This document shows, piece after piece, positions 14,826 to 31,170 of a stretch of 64,000 nt of DNA. Numbering within the stretch: the first letter of the stretch is position 1; each line of letters starts with the position of its first letter. The DNA comes from the human T2T-CHM13v2.0 reference genome, Homo sapiens. The stretch lies in the NCBI RefSeq assembly GCF_009914755.1, contig NC_060933.1; one strand, 5' to 3'. A program made the translations under genes and the position numbers. The notes beneath the pieces were generated by a model. The model ran no database searches. It saw nothing but the letters and a program-made list of their open reading frames with translations, and had not been told where the DNA came from.

Positions 14826-17800
14826 AAGGAAACTTCCCCATAATAAGTGAAGAGGTAGTTCATAGTATGTCTAACATACAACAGATTTAGAACAGCTATT
14901 CATGAGCTGAAATAAAATCTTCTGGGTTGTTTAGGACAGTATTTTAGAAGCAGTGACATTGGTCACCTTCCATTTATAGATCTGCTAATAAAGAAACTTA
15001 AATTAAAATCATATCTGATTTACCTCAGAGCCACTTCAGTTTGGAGTTTAGTATTAAATAATAAATAAATAACTGACAGAGTAATTTTTTTTTAAACCAA
15101 ACTATGGTAGAGAGTCATCTCCTTTTTAGTTCTCCTGGGGATCCATAAAATACAAATGCTGAATGATAAAGGTTTTAAAAATCTTCCTCCTCTACAGAAA
15201 TATGACTAGTTTTGAAAGTCATCTTCCTCTGTAAAATACTGGATATCAGTAACTTGACTTCTTTGCAATATAATCTAACAAACACGTATAAGCAAAGAAG
15301 GAGGAAAGTGAAGTTCCACAAAAATTAGAAAAATGTCTCACAGAAACAGAACACCTCTCCAGCCAAAAATGGAGGAGACTGTAAATCACTTCAGTGGTTT
15401 GCATTTTCAAAAGGTGAGAACTAAATGTTTTACTGATACAAAAGCACAAAGTTGCTGATTTTAACTGATCGAATACAGCAAGGCAGCTTTCTTTATTATT
15501 TCTAGTATAAAAGCAAATTGAGACTTTGTTTCACTAAGACCACATGAGACTATAAGCTCCATAAGGGCAGGGACTATATCAATCTTACCTTCATTATCCT
15601 CAGTATCTAGCATAGTGTCTAGCAACAGTAGGTGCTTAACTAATGTTTCTTGAACAACTGAATGAACCCAGAAATAGTCTCCAACCAAAGAGACCAATCT
15701 TATTTGAACCCGTGCCTTTTAGTCTTCAAACCAGTAACAAAAACAAGACATGAATGTGAGCAAACGAAGCACTCCAACTTGAAATTTCCCTGTGAAGAAA
15801 TGATGTTGACAGAAAATACCAAAAAATGCTGTTTGGTTGACAGGGTAGAGTCTCACTATTGCATAGAATTGGTACTCTTTGGCTGGATCATGTAAAAATC
15901 ACAATGCTAGGAAGCATCATTAGACCATATAATGAGTGATGTTAGGCATAAGGTACCTATTAGTCTTACCACTCAACTGTATTATCATTTTAAATATTTG
16001 AACAAAAGACAAAAATCATACTTCACATCTGACTCACATGATGATAATTTACATATGATAACAATGATACATGTAAACGTATCAAATATAACAATTGAAG
16101 ATCCCCTCTGACTATGCAAGCCTAATTTTTCAAATCTGCATGCACTCTCATAGCTCAAAAATAAAAACAGAAAATCCTGATGGAAACTAATAAACAGTTT
16201 TCCACACAAAATCAACTTCGCATTTAGATTCTTCTCACATTATTCTTGCTTTTTCCCTCCCTAAACAAACCTAGCAAATCACTCACTTGGATGGGAAGAA
16301 TATAATATTCATCTAACTAAAAAATAATTAATATAAATCCCTCTGCGATATTTTGTTGGCAAAATTCAGGTTGTCTCAGAAAGCCAACAGGGAGACACAA
16401 AGGGGAAACACAAACTAGGAGCTTTTTGCTAATGCATTATTCTTCATGTACTAAATCTTTTAAAGCCAAGGGATAGCGAGAAGAAGGAAGAAGATGCTAG
16501 CTCATATTTAGTTATACCTTGGTCAATATTGGCCAGGCCACCTCTTCAGGCTTTGGATACCCCAATTTAAAATGAAAGAGGTGGAGTAAATGACCTCTTA
16601 AGATTCTCTAAGGACTCTACTAATACTATTACCTAAATCTAACTCATGGGTGAGAAACAAATAAGACTTAGAATTTTAGGTCTGAAGTACAACATGTGTT
16701 TTAGGAAAAAGAGCTGTTTTGTTTTTCCTTTTTGAAAATTAACTTTGTATTTGCAATCAAAGGCAGCAAGGTGGCACAGTGTACCTTTAAGAGGTATCTG
16801 AATACAGAAATTTGATTGCCCCTTCTGTGTCCAACCTAACTTTTATCATCCGTTTTAGAAATTAAGGTACATGAGGAAACGAAAATTCAGAGACTTTTAT
16901 GGTGCACAGGACAAAACTCTGATGGCCAAACTCACCTTTCTGATGGCTAAACTCTGAAACAAAATTCAGAGACTCCCAAATAGCCTCTTTTTAGAGAGCC
17001 CACTATACTTTAGCACATTTTTAGCGTGCCTGGAGCAGTCCTGATCTCAAAAGCATCAACAAGTTACACATTAATTATAAGCATATGGCCTCTTATGGGA
17101 CATGCTACCAGAGAAACCGCCCATGTAAGTGCTGTTGTATAAGTGTACTTCTATCCCTGTTGATTATGCTCCTCATGGTCATCCCTAACTATCTGCCTGC
17201 AGGTGTTCCTCAAGAGAGAGTACTCTGGTATATGTGAACAATTCAATGAGATGAAGTTGGGCTATGATACTGTTGAAAAGAGTACATAACAAACCAGCAT
17301 ACTTCTTTATAGCCAGCTCCAAGACAAGTACAAATGGTAGGAAGCAGATTCATTTATCAGACATGGAGGAATAATCAATAGGCAACCAGAAGTTCTATCA
17401 CATTTTCAGGTCAATAGCAATATCACCTTATATCTCAGCCTATTTTCTACCAAAGAAAGATTATTCACTTCTCTTAGCATAGCATCTATTAGTGGAGAGT
17501 AGGTGATGTTATTAACTTGTTGGTACCTTCGGAATGTGCCTAGTGAAAAGCCTAAAACAGTGTCAGTCTAAGACATAAGTCAATGTTAGGTAGACAAAAG
17601 GAATTATTCCTTGGGAAAGGAAAACAGACTTTACAAGATAAATAACTCAAAACAGAAAATGGGAGAGGGCAAAAGTAAGGCAAATCCACTCCAAGTGGTA
17701 AGTTGCCTGGTCTATTAGTGCTTTGACTCACTCCCTACCACCTACACAGAGGCTTTGGAGAAGTCAAACTAGCAAAATCACTCCTAAAAAGACTAAGACT

Positions 17801-17847
17801 ATTGCCACATTGTCAGTCAGTTCGAGTTGTGAGCATGAAGCCCCTAC

Positions 17848-19173
17848 TCAATTCACACAAGTACTATCATTTCTTAAGTTCAGGACAGCTTGGGCCAGTT
17901 TACCTGCATCCAGGACCTGTGTTGCATCGGGTTGTGGCTGACACCCTTTAGAGTCTGTGACTGTTGTACATGCAAAAGAATCAAAATCCACTGTGAGGTC
18001 TTGTACATTTCTCTCATTGGCATTATCAAAGCTGTTTTTGCCATGCAGCTGTTTAAGGTGTTTCCTCAAAACTGGTTTATGTGCAAAAACCATATCACAA
18101 TAGTTACATTTATGGGGCTTATCTCCACTGTGAAGGTTAAGATGATCCTGTAAGGAACACTTCTGAGAAAAGGTTTTCCCACAGATTTTACACTGGAAAG
18201 GTTTAATTCCGGCATGCACACGCATGTGTCGATGAAGGTTGCCTTTCTGAGTGAAAGTCTTGCCGCAGAGTAGACACATAAAGAGTTTGTGCATTTTTAA
18301 ATGGTTGGCGTAGTTCTCCAGGTGACGAAACACCCTGGTACACTTTGGGCACTGGTGATGCCACTGTAGGCCTTTGTCTACACCTCGAATATTAGGGCCA
18401 AAGACATCTTTTGAGGCCATGATGATGTTATCACTGCCTGTATAAGAAAGGGCATAATTGTGGAGATGGTTTTGTTCTATTTCACTTACTCTGTTTTCCA
18501 CAGTTGAATTTATCAGGGAGTGCTGGGGCTCTGATGAATGTAAAGCAGTGGGTTCAGAAGAAATAAACTGGTTCTGATCTTTTTTACTTCTAACCTCTGA
18601 TACATCCCCAATAGATTCTACCTTAACAATCTGAATATCACTGTCCTCCATATCCATACTGTCTTCAGATGGATGAATACAAGGTGAGTCCTGCTTTGGG
18701 GAGCCTCTGGCATCTCCCTGCTGTTCTTTTGACTGGGGAGAAGCACTCTGTGGTTCACATCCCTCTTTACTATCCATTGGTTGTTTTGGCTTTATAAACT
18801 TCCACAGGGCCTGTGTGCACCGTTCTACAATGTGGCTCATCTGAAGAAAACTTGCAGCAGTCAAGTAATTTACCAGTTCCATCTCAGGGAATTCCAGCAC
18901 ACCACTATAACAGGATAAGAGCAATTGTCTCCCCACTTCGGAACTCTGTAATATGGAGATTTTCACCTCTCTGGAATCATTCAGTAAAAATTGGTCTCTT
19001 AAGAAGGGGGAACCTGCAGCAAACACAATTTTATGTCCCTGTACCTCAATATCATCTATGAGAACTGTAACATCACAAAATTTATTCTCTTCTCTTAATT
19101 TGTTCATTTTTTGTAACATTGAATCTCCATAATTTTCAAACTTGAAGTGAAGGAGATCTGATCTTTCAGACAT
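17848..19173 (-). CDS. ZBTB26: Zinc finger and BTB domain-containing protein 26 (441 aa, single coding exon)
   Basis: MSERSDLLHFKFENYGDSMLQKMNKLREENKFCDV BTB domain plus 4 C2H2 fingers. ATG at 19173-19171; acceptor TTCTGTTCTTTAG 10 nt upstream (exon starts 19183). Confidence 0.97.
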   Translation of the reverse strand: MSERSDLLHFKFENYGDSMLQKMNKLREENKFCDVTVLIDDIEVQGHKIVFAAGSPFLRDQFLLNDSREVKISILQSSEVGRQLLLSCYSGVLEFPEMELVNYLTAASFLQMSHIVERCTQALWKFIKPKQPMDSKEGCEPQSASPQSKEQQGDARGSPKQDSPCIHPSEDSMDMEDSDIQIVKVESIGDVSEVRSKKDQNQFISSEPTALHSSEPQHSLINSTVENRVSEIEQNHLHNYALSYTGSDNIIMASKDVFGPNIRGVDKGLQWHHQCPKCTRVFRHLENYANHLKMHKLFMCLLCGKTFTQKGNLHRHMRVHAGIKPFQCKICGKTFSQKCSLQDHLNLHSGDKPHKCNYCDMVFAHKPVLRKHLKQLHGKNSFDNANERNVQDLTVDFDSFACTTVTDSKGCQPQPDATQVLDAGKLAQAVLNLRNDSTCVN

Positions 19174-19612
19174 TTTGGCAGACCTAAAGAACAGAAATGT
19201 AAAAAGGTTGAATTTAAGGAAACTCAGACAATTAAGAAAGCTGGATCTACCTTCCAAAAACAAATCTGTGTTGTCATATCTGTTTTGTATGTATCCAAAT
19301 GAAATCTTCCTTGAAAGGGGAAGCCACTATAACAGGTTTCAAAGGCTGTTAAAAATTACACCTTACCAATATCAAGTGCCAATTGCACCTAAAGAGCAGA
19401 CTTGTATTTGTGTAAATAGCTTGGCATTCGTTCAACTTTTAAAGATACTTATACAAGAATAGTGCTTGGGATAGTCCAAGAGTATCTTTTAACTTCTCAA
19501 ATGAGAATTCTATCAGGTTTCTAAAGCAAACTAAAACATAACCCACACAAGTAAAGATGAAATAATTATCTTATTTTATATAAAACTGTGAACCTGCTTC
19601 TTCTAAGGCAAA

Positions 19613-19716
19613 AGCAATTGTCTCCCCACTTCAGAACTCTAATATGGAGATTTTCACCTCTCTGGAATCATTCAGTAAAAACTGGTCTCTGAAGAAGAGA
19701 GAACCTACAGCAAACA
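19613..19716 (-). pseudogene. Intronic 104-bp degenerate copy of the ZBTB26 BTB-coding segment 18920-19025
   Basis: Manual alignment shows 6 substitutions and one 2-bp deletion. Confidence 0.9.
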
Positions 19717-20881
19717 TGGGTTCCTTTGCTCTTTTTCTTTGCTCTATATTTTAAACAACTGCACTGACACTGCTTGTCCAATTCCTGGCCAAGCCCTTTT
19801 CTGTTTAAATTGATATGAACTTATTCATACAAGTATTTCTGCAATAAAATGAAAGTCACAGAACTAACGGGACAATGTTTAGGCAAAGACAAAGTTCTTT
19901 GTCCTGTCCATTCTGGAAAAATCTAAACTCCGTTTTAAGGAACACTTCTTTATAAAGAAAATAAGATACTTGATGTAGAAAAACGACATGAGCTATATGG
20001 TGGGAATCTGAGTAGCGGTAACATAGATCGAATCAATCCCTATTAGATTTTGTTCTTTAAACTTTATCCCTATTTATCAAACATTAGTCATTATGTGGAC
20101 TACTAGAACTGATTCATAAATGTTGCCTTGGCTTCCTGCTTATGTTCCCTCTAATACAGTTTTCATACCACCACATCTTTCAAAAACAGAGATCTGATTA
20201 TACCCCACCCCTGCCTAAACTCCTTCAGTGACTTCCCGTTGTCTCCTGGATGAAGACTAACCTCTTGAATATAAACTGATTAATGAAACCCAATCATAAT
20301 TAAGGTAAACACTGGAAAAACCCATTCAACAATGGAGAAGGTATCTTTCCCCAAACTGTCTGCATACTGATTCCTTTATATAGCAATTCCTTTGGTGAAA
20401 GTCTCCATGTTCTGATTCCATACTCTCATAAATGATTTTCTCATAACCTGGCTTCCCATTTGTCTCTCTCAAGGGAAAAGATAAATTTGCCATGCCAACA
20501 CGATAATTCCAGTCCACTAGTCACTGTAAACTAATGACATAATGAATTGACATTCTCTTTATATACCAGTCTTCTATGAGATTGGTAGGTATGCTAGGTC
20601 TGTCTTTGAGATATAGCTCTATAATCTCAGTGCATCAAGAAATTCACTGAATTTTATGTATTAATCAACCCCTTAGTTCAGAGTCAGATGAGACAACCAG
20701 CTTCTCCTGGCCACATCTGGACCCCAAAGTCCAATCTTTATCATCTTAACTTCTGTAACAATGGATATCAGCTCCTGATGGCAGAGTCCAGGTTTTATTC
20801 TTATTCCTTAATGCCTGATACATAACAGCTCTCTCTTGGCTCCAGACCTAATGATACTTGTTTCCTTAGTTTAAAACACTA

Positions 20882-21505
<624 letters not shown>

Positions 21506-22146
21506 AACACCACTTTCTAAACAATTGTGACTCCTTTATTTTCTCTGAGAGGCCCTTCCCTGACCGCTTAATAGAGTAGAATTGTCTCTTCTGGGCCCAT
21601 TGCATACTTCTACTGTAACACTCAACACACTTTATTAAATACTTATTCCTTCCCATCCAAACTCCAAGTTTCATGGTATTAGGGGGAAGTATCTCCATCT
21701 AATGCTGGGAACTTGCATCTTCTAAGACAAAATATTCTTTACTTTTGCTTTGAATTATATTATACTTATTGCAGCTACATTGCTTGTCCCATTACTGGCC
21801 AAACCCTCTTCTGTTCAAATCAGTGTGTATTCCCATCGCCTAATACTGCACTAAATACACAGCAAGTGCTCAGTTTGCATTAGTTGAACCTATCAGATTA
21901 GTTTGACAGTGGTAAGGAAGAACTGTTGTTAGGAAGACCAGCTTAGTGTCTGCAGAAGCATTGCAGGTCTGAGGCCATGATGGCCTAGAAAGAAATAAAA
22001 ATGGGAATAAGACGAAAGGAAAAATAACAAAAGATATTTCAAAGAACTTGGTAACTGACTGGATATAGAGAATGAATAAAAGGAATGTGTAAAGATTCTA
22101 CATTTAGGAGTTCATTTGAATGAGAATGGCATTGAAAGAAGGTGAC

Positions 22147-22715
<569 letters not shown>

Positions 22716-23053
22716 TTAAAGCAGCAAAACTATTATCATTGGTCACTTTTAGCAACTGCAGTAGCTTAAAATACTCATTTTGGATTTGGAGTGATGAATG
22801 TTCCAATTTGTAACCAGAGTTGTAAAAATGACTGTTTCAAGTGGCCAAACAAAAGTGGCATTCTTTTTTAGCATTTAGCTGGTTTTGAAGGTGCCTATGA
22901 AACCCTCAGATCAGTATTTCCCTCCTCACACCCCAAAATAAGCATTCATTGGTTCTACCTATATTATGACAGTACTCACAATGCTTTAGACAACTATCCT
23001 CAGAGACAATTGTTCCTTGCTCTAAAGATGAAGAGCTGGAGTGTAGTTTCATT

Positions 23054-23387
23054 TAGTCATGTGTCATATGACAGTGTTTTGTTCAACAATGAACTGCATA
23101 TACAATGATGGTCCCATAGAATATAATACCATATTTTTACTGTACCTCTTCTATATTTAGATACACAAACACCATTGTGTTACAATTGCCTACAGTATTC
23201 AGTATAGTAACATGTGGTACAGGTTTATAACCAAGGAGCAACAGGCTGTGTCATACAACCCAGGTGTGTAGTAGGCTATACCATCTAGGTTTGCATTAAG
23301 TATACTCCGTGATATTCACAAAATGATGAAATCACCTAACGACGCATTTCTCAAAACACATCACAGTTGTTAAGTGATGCATGACTG
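23054..23387. mobile_element. Tigger3a/MER7-like non-autonomous TcMar DNA transposon
   Basis: Termini (C/T)AGTCATG...CATGACTG and internal CCATTGTGTTACAATTGCCTACAGTATTCAGTA. Confidence 0.85.
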
Positions 23388-23862
23388 TGCTTCCTATCCA
23401 TCAGTTCTCAAGAAAATTATCAACAACAGCAGCCAACCAGATAGTTCAGGGAAGTGTTTGCTTTGATCTGTCTGCTGTAGTCTAAGAATGTGAGCAAAAT
23501 TTATTGGTTTCTTAAAGGATGTTTTCCCTAGGATGTGTCAGCCCACTCTATTGTCTCTCTCTGATAAATTCTTATTTCCAGGCCACACATCTTATCCCTT
23601 AATTGTTTCCTTTCACTAGTTTCTCTTTCCAATAGACTGTTAGTTATTTGAGGGCAATGACCAATGGTTTGTTATACTTTATACAGCTCATTTGACAAAA
23701 AACAGAAGAATAATGAGTTCTTAATGTTCCCCCATGAAATTATTACTAGGCTATGGTACAGATGCTCTTCATTATGATATCTTCTTTTGAGTGCCTAGGG
23801 AAAGCTTTCTTTCTAGGGTTTGTTACCAAAATAGTTTTGGCAATATAAAACCAAATTTCAAC

Positions 23863-25783
<1,921 letters not shown>

Positions 25784-27063
25784 TCAGATTTCCTTCCTTA
25801 CATTCAGTATCACAAACACAGGCCAAGAAAATTCATTGAGCTGCACACTTATGACTTGTATATTTTTGTTTTTGTTATGCTTCAAAAAAAGGTTTATGTT
25901 TAAAAACAAGTTATAACTTCAAGCCAAATTTGCATGAAATTAGAAGACTTAAATGGCAAGCATATATGTATTAGTCATATTCCTGATTGCATATTATGCC
26001 TTTATCCTTATTATACCTTTCTCATCTATTTTACTTTATATTATTTTCCATCTTTTGTGTATTTATCTTTGTGGACTGAAACTTAATGCCATTTGCAAAT
26101 AAAGCAGACAATAAAAATTATGAATATATTTGATTTCACAATCCCCAACTGTAGGTAACTTCTAAGTATAGCAGTAATTACTCAAAATAATCATAAAAAT
26201 CACTCAGATAATTCTAGGTTATAGTCAAGCTTCTTGTAACTGAAGGAAAGTAAAGAACTGATCAGGTAGATCAGAGACACAGTCATCATATTTTGTTGAT
26301 TCTTTCCTCAGAATGATCACCAACTCCTCACTCCTCCATTCTTACATCATTGCCATAGTTCAGGTCTTTATTATCTATTGCCTCAGTTACTGAGATTAAA
26401 TCTGAATACTGTTGAGTTTCTATTAGCAAGTTTTGAATGATATTTCTCAAACATCAATGTAATGGGAATATTCTCACTTCCTCTTCATTTATATTTATAC
26501 AATCCTTCCACAATTATAACTAATTTGAAATTTTCCCTTTGTTCAAATGAGGATAGTAAAAAATGACTAATTACTGAATATTCCAGGTGGGACAATGTAA
26601 ATTGCTATACTACAGGCAGTGAGAAAATAGTTTCTTTTCTCAAATGCTTCTAATAACTACTGGCAAGTAAAATTTTTCTATCTGTATAATAAATTCTTAA
26701 GCTAGGTATCAGTTTGCTTCCTCACCTGTCTCATAAAAGTGCCCTTATCTTTCAACTTACCACTCAAAACTACTTGGAAATCTTTGTCCCTCATTGACAT
26801 GGTATGTTCTTTTTCTAAAGAGGCTGTATTATACTACAGGCTTTCTCTCTATAAACCTTAATCTTGTTCTTCTTTTAGGTAACTTTCATGACACGATACT
26901 CTCCAAGTTATCAAGCTTTTGTTTCAACTTTTAAGTAATATATACAGAATGTATTCTTCTTGAAAAATTTTTGAAGATTTTAGATGTAATTCCCCTTCTC
27001 AACTGCCTACCACTCAGTATTCAGTTTAAGTTTGATCCTTCCTGACTCTCCCTCCTTGCATTT

Positions 27064-27717
27064 TGTTTATTTATTTATATATTTATTTATTATTTTTTGA
27101 AACGGAGTCTTGCTCTGTTGCCCAGGCTTGAGTGCAGTGGTGCAATCTTGGCTCACTGCAACCTCCACCTCCGAGTTCAAGCAATTCTCCTGCCTCAGCC
27201 TCCTGAGTAGCTAGGATTACAGGCATGCACCACCAAGCCCGGATAATTTTTGCATTTTTAGTAGAGATGGGGTTTCACCATGTTGGCCAGGCTGTTCTTG
27301 AACTCCTGACCTCAAGTGATCCATCCGCCTCGGCCTCCCAATGTGCTGGGATTATAGGCATGAACCGCTGTGCCCGGCCCCTCCTGGCATTTTAAAAACA
27401 ATACTTCTATATGTCTAGCCACAAAAGTATAACGTAATTAAGTTTCTTATACATAAACTATACATATTGTTTTGCAACTTACTTTTTTCACTCATTGTTT
27501 TTGAAAGCAATTTATGTTGATGAATATAGATTTAATTCTTCTTTTGATTTTTTTTCATTTTTTGAGACCAAGTCTCGCTCTGTTGCCCAGGCTGGAGTGC
27601 AGTGGTGTGATCTCGGCTCACCGCAACCTCAGCCTCCCAGGTTCAAGTGATTCTCATGCCTCAGCCTCCCACCTCCCAAAGTGCTGGGATTACAGGCGTG
27701 AGACACCACGCCCGGCC
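27064..27717 (-). mobile_element. Full Alu (27064-27378) and an internally deleted Alu (about 27560-27717)
   Basis: Alu consensus on the minus strand. Confidence 0.9.
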
Positions 27718-28149
27718 TAGTTCTTTTTTTTGAACTGTTATGTGGAAGTGGGCAAATTACTTAACTATTGAACTGTTTTCCACCATTGTTTTGCTGGTCT
27801 GTTCTTTGAGGCTTCACTAAATTGTATAAGGGTAAGTATCTCTTTCAAAGCTAAGTCTCCAATTTTTTGCTATTTTTTTCAAAAAGCCTGTCTTCTGTTT
27901 CTCAATGTTTTATTACCTCCCTATGTTAACAATCCCTAAATCCCAATCCCCATGGCCAAACTTAACCAAACTAAATCTCAATTCAAGGTACTCAAAAATA
28001 CCTGTTCTAGGCTATTTCCCTATCACTTGAAATGCATGATGCCTGCACTCATGCACTGTCTAAACTTCAATAAGCCAAAAAAATATCTTATGGAGAATGG
28101 CTTGGAGAAAAGTACAAGGAAGCATTTTAGTATGTGATTACTCTAAACA

Positions 28150-30100
28150 GATCAAGACAGAATGGCATGGGCCTGAAGAGAGACAACAATAATATGGATG
28201 GAGAGGGGAAACAGATTTGAGAGACATTTCCAACAAAGAACTGATGGGCTTGGTGACCAATGTGGGGAAAGGGTCAAGATGACTCCAAGATATTTGGTTT
28301 CTGTAACTGGATATCTTTGATGAATGTCATTCAGCAAAGCAGGGAATATTGGAGGGCATGATCATGAGTCTGGTCTTGAGCCAGAGAAGCCTGCATGACA
28401 TCAAGGTGAGGATTCATGAGCTGGATGGATATGAAGAAAAGATCTGATTACAGATGGTAAGTGATAAATGAAAGCATGAAAGTGGAAGAAATTAACCTAA
28501 ATGGGCAGAGAGTGGAAACGGACTTAGGAAGAAAGAAATAAAAAACATATCAAACATAAATCCTTTACTTACCTTCTTCTCAACCTGGGTCTCTTTCCAA
28601 GCCTCTCCATTCTTATCAATGAGCCTCTCTTTGCTTAAATGTTTCCCACTCCTTTGGCTCCTATATTCAGTCACTGCATAGAGCAGTGGGTAAAACCATG
28701 GACTCTGGAGCCATATTTCCTAGGATCAAAACCCTGCTCAACTACTTTCTGTGTAAACTCAAACCACTCTGCTTCAATATTCCCATCTATCAATAGTAAT
28801 TTATTTCATAGGGTTGTTATGGAAAATAAATGATTTAATTTTTTAAAGAGCTTAGAACAGTGTCTGGTATGTACCCTATAAGCATGTGTTAGGTATACAA
28901 ATAAAGCCTGTCAATTTTCTTTGTGAAATGCTTTAAATGTGTCCTATCCTTATTCCCATTTAACACCAAACCAGCTGAGGTACCTAATATTTCATAGAGT
29001 ATCACCTCATCACTGTACTAAATTGCTTTTTAAAAGGTCACTAATGACCTCTTCATAAAGAAATGCAATACTCTCCCCTCCCCCAAGTCTCCAGATGCTC
29101 TGCATGAATTGATCCAGTGGTCTCTCCTCGAAATTCCCTTCTCTTGATTTCTGGGTCTTCTTGCTTGCTGTAACCCTGCACTCCTACACTTTATTGCCTA
29201 CTGCTGACTACTACTAGCTCCAATTCCTCTTTCTGCTTCATAAATGCAAGCATTACCCTCCCCCCCCAAATTTCCTTATTTTTCAAAATTCTCTTCCTGA
29301 TGCCAGCTATTGCCATGGTTTCCACTTCTATGCTGATAACTCAAACTTTTACCTCTAGCTACAATGTTTAGGCTGAGCTAAAGATTTGCATTTCCAACTC
29401 CATGCTGGACAGCTCTATGTGTCTGTCTCATTAGACCTTTAATTCAACATGTCCAAAAAATGAATTCATAATCTACACTAAGCTTATGGCTTTATTTCTG
29501 ATAATGGCATTACCATCCTTCAGCTCAGAGGTCTAAAACCTAAGAATTAGATTTGGTCCCTCACACTTCTTCAGCATTCAGTTAATTATGGAGTCTTGAC
29601 ATAATCATCTCCAGTATATTTGTCTCCTTACCAATGACACCATTATAACTTATTTCAGGAATTTTTTGCCTCTCACTAGGCTGATCCCATTACCCCTTCA
29701 AAAGAATCTCCGATAAGCGTTCCTAACTTTTAGCTAAATGTCTAAATGCAGTTAATAGAAAGTCCCTTCTCTATGGGCTTTCTACAGAACAAAATGATTT
29801 CCTGCAGTGCAAATCTGACCATATCAATATTCTGTTCCGAACTCTTCAAAAAACTACCCATCTCCTTTAGGATTACACCATTCACCATCTGGACCTCGGT
29901 CGACTTTCCCAGTCTCATATCCATTCTGTGCATAGGAGTCCCCCCATTTCCTCCTCTTCCCACACAAGTTATGCTCAGTCATTTCTCCACAGTATTGCAA
30001 CTGTCTTCCCTGAAAAACTCTTCAACACTTTACTCTCTCCAAGTACAATTCAGACATCACTTTCTTTCTAAAGCCTTCTCAGCAACGGCCCCTTGAGCAA
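28150..30100. mobile_element. Degraded L2 fragments with an embedded MIR (about 28680-28900)
   Basis: L2-like GTCAAGATGACTCCAAG and CCATGGTTTCCACTTCTATGCTGATAACTC; MIR-like CATAGGGTTGTTATG...GCTTAGAACAGTGTCTGG. Confidence 0.6.
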
Positions 30101-30399
30101 TTAACACATATGTGACTGATACATACATACATATATATACACATAGGAGTACTTATTTGTTCAGATCTGGCTCCCAAACTTAATCCCGAAAACTGGAACA
30201 ATATCTTGCCAATCTCCAGTGTCTGGTATAGCGCCAGTAATATAAAAGGTGCTGCGACCAGTGGCCAAATAGGGGAAAACCCCAGCAAAAGGGTAACCTA
30301 GCACTCACAGTGGTTCTCAAAGACTGGCACTGAATGCCTGGTCTTGGGCTGGCTCCCGAGGCTCGTTTTCTTAGGGCCTCACCTCTGGCACTTCTTATA

Positions 30400-31170
30400 A
30401 GATGCCAGAGTCAGGCCCCCAAGCCAACTGCTGGGCCCTCAGCTGGGGTCCTATGAGGCGGTCCCAGGGGCATCCTCAGGCTCCCCACTCCAGTCACAGG
30501 GAAGGGAAAGGGGCGGGGCGCAGCGTGGGCCGGGCCAAGGGCTCCTCAAGTCCCCAGGGGCCTAGGCCAGCCTCTCGGCTCCCATCCCAGTGCAGGTCCC
30601 GGTTGATCCAGGGCCCCAGGGGGGTTCCATTTTGAGACACCCCGCACCCCAGCCCGCCGCTCCGGCCGTCTCCGCACTTACAGACCCGGGGGAAGGCCGC
30701 CGTCAGGATCCGGCACCGCCAGGAGCTCCGGCCCCTCGGGGCTCCGGGAAGGGGGAGGGGCAAGGAACCCGAGCCAAAGGGGGACCCAACGGAACCGGAA
30801 GGGCAGCCCTGGCCGGACAAAGACAACTTCCAGGTCCCATGGTCCTCTCCGCCAATCGGAAGGCTCGGAGGACAACAGGGGCCCCGAGAGGGAATTTCTG
30901 CGTTGTGGGCGGGGCGCAGACGGAGGGCACCGTACTCTGGGCACTAGCTTCACTGCCTACTACCCCGAGGTGCCTTAGCTCGTAAGCGTCTGTGGCTCAG
31001 GCCCTGTGCGCCTCGCAGGGACCCGCTGCTCGGGACCCCCGTCTCAGCGGCTCTTCTGTAGCTGGGCCTAGACGGTCCGCTGCCTCCTTGGGCCTGAAGG
31101 GCTCCTCTGCACTTAAACTTTGGTAAGTCTTTTTAGCCTAGGGGTGTAGACTCGTCGCGCGGGAGCCCGA
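30400..31170. promoter_or_regulatory. ZBTB26: ZBTB26 CpG-island promoter, probably bidirectional; non-coding exon 1 from about 30740 to 30682 (-)
   Basis: CpG-rich; donor TCT|GTAAGT at 30682/30681 (-); ETS ACCGGAAG, CCAAT and GC box; plus-strand donor TTG|GTAAGT at 31122. Confidence 0.75.

Noticed and set aside
19174-19263. 30-aa N-terminal extension of the ZBTB26 ORF (471 aa in the track)
   Set aside because: It starts at a non-ATG codon and reads through the polypyrimidine tract and acceptor at 19184-19185, so it is mostly intronic.
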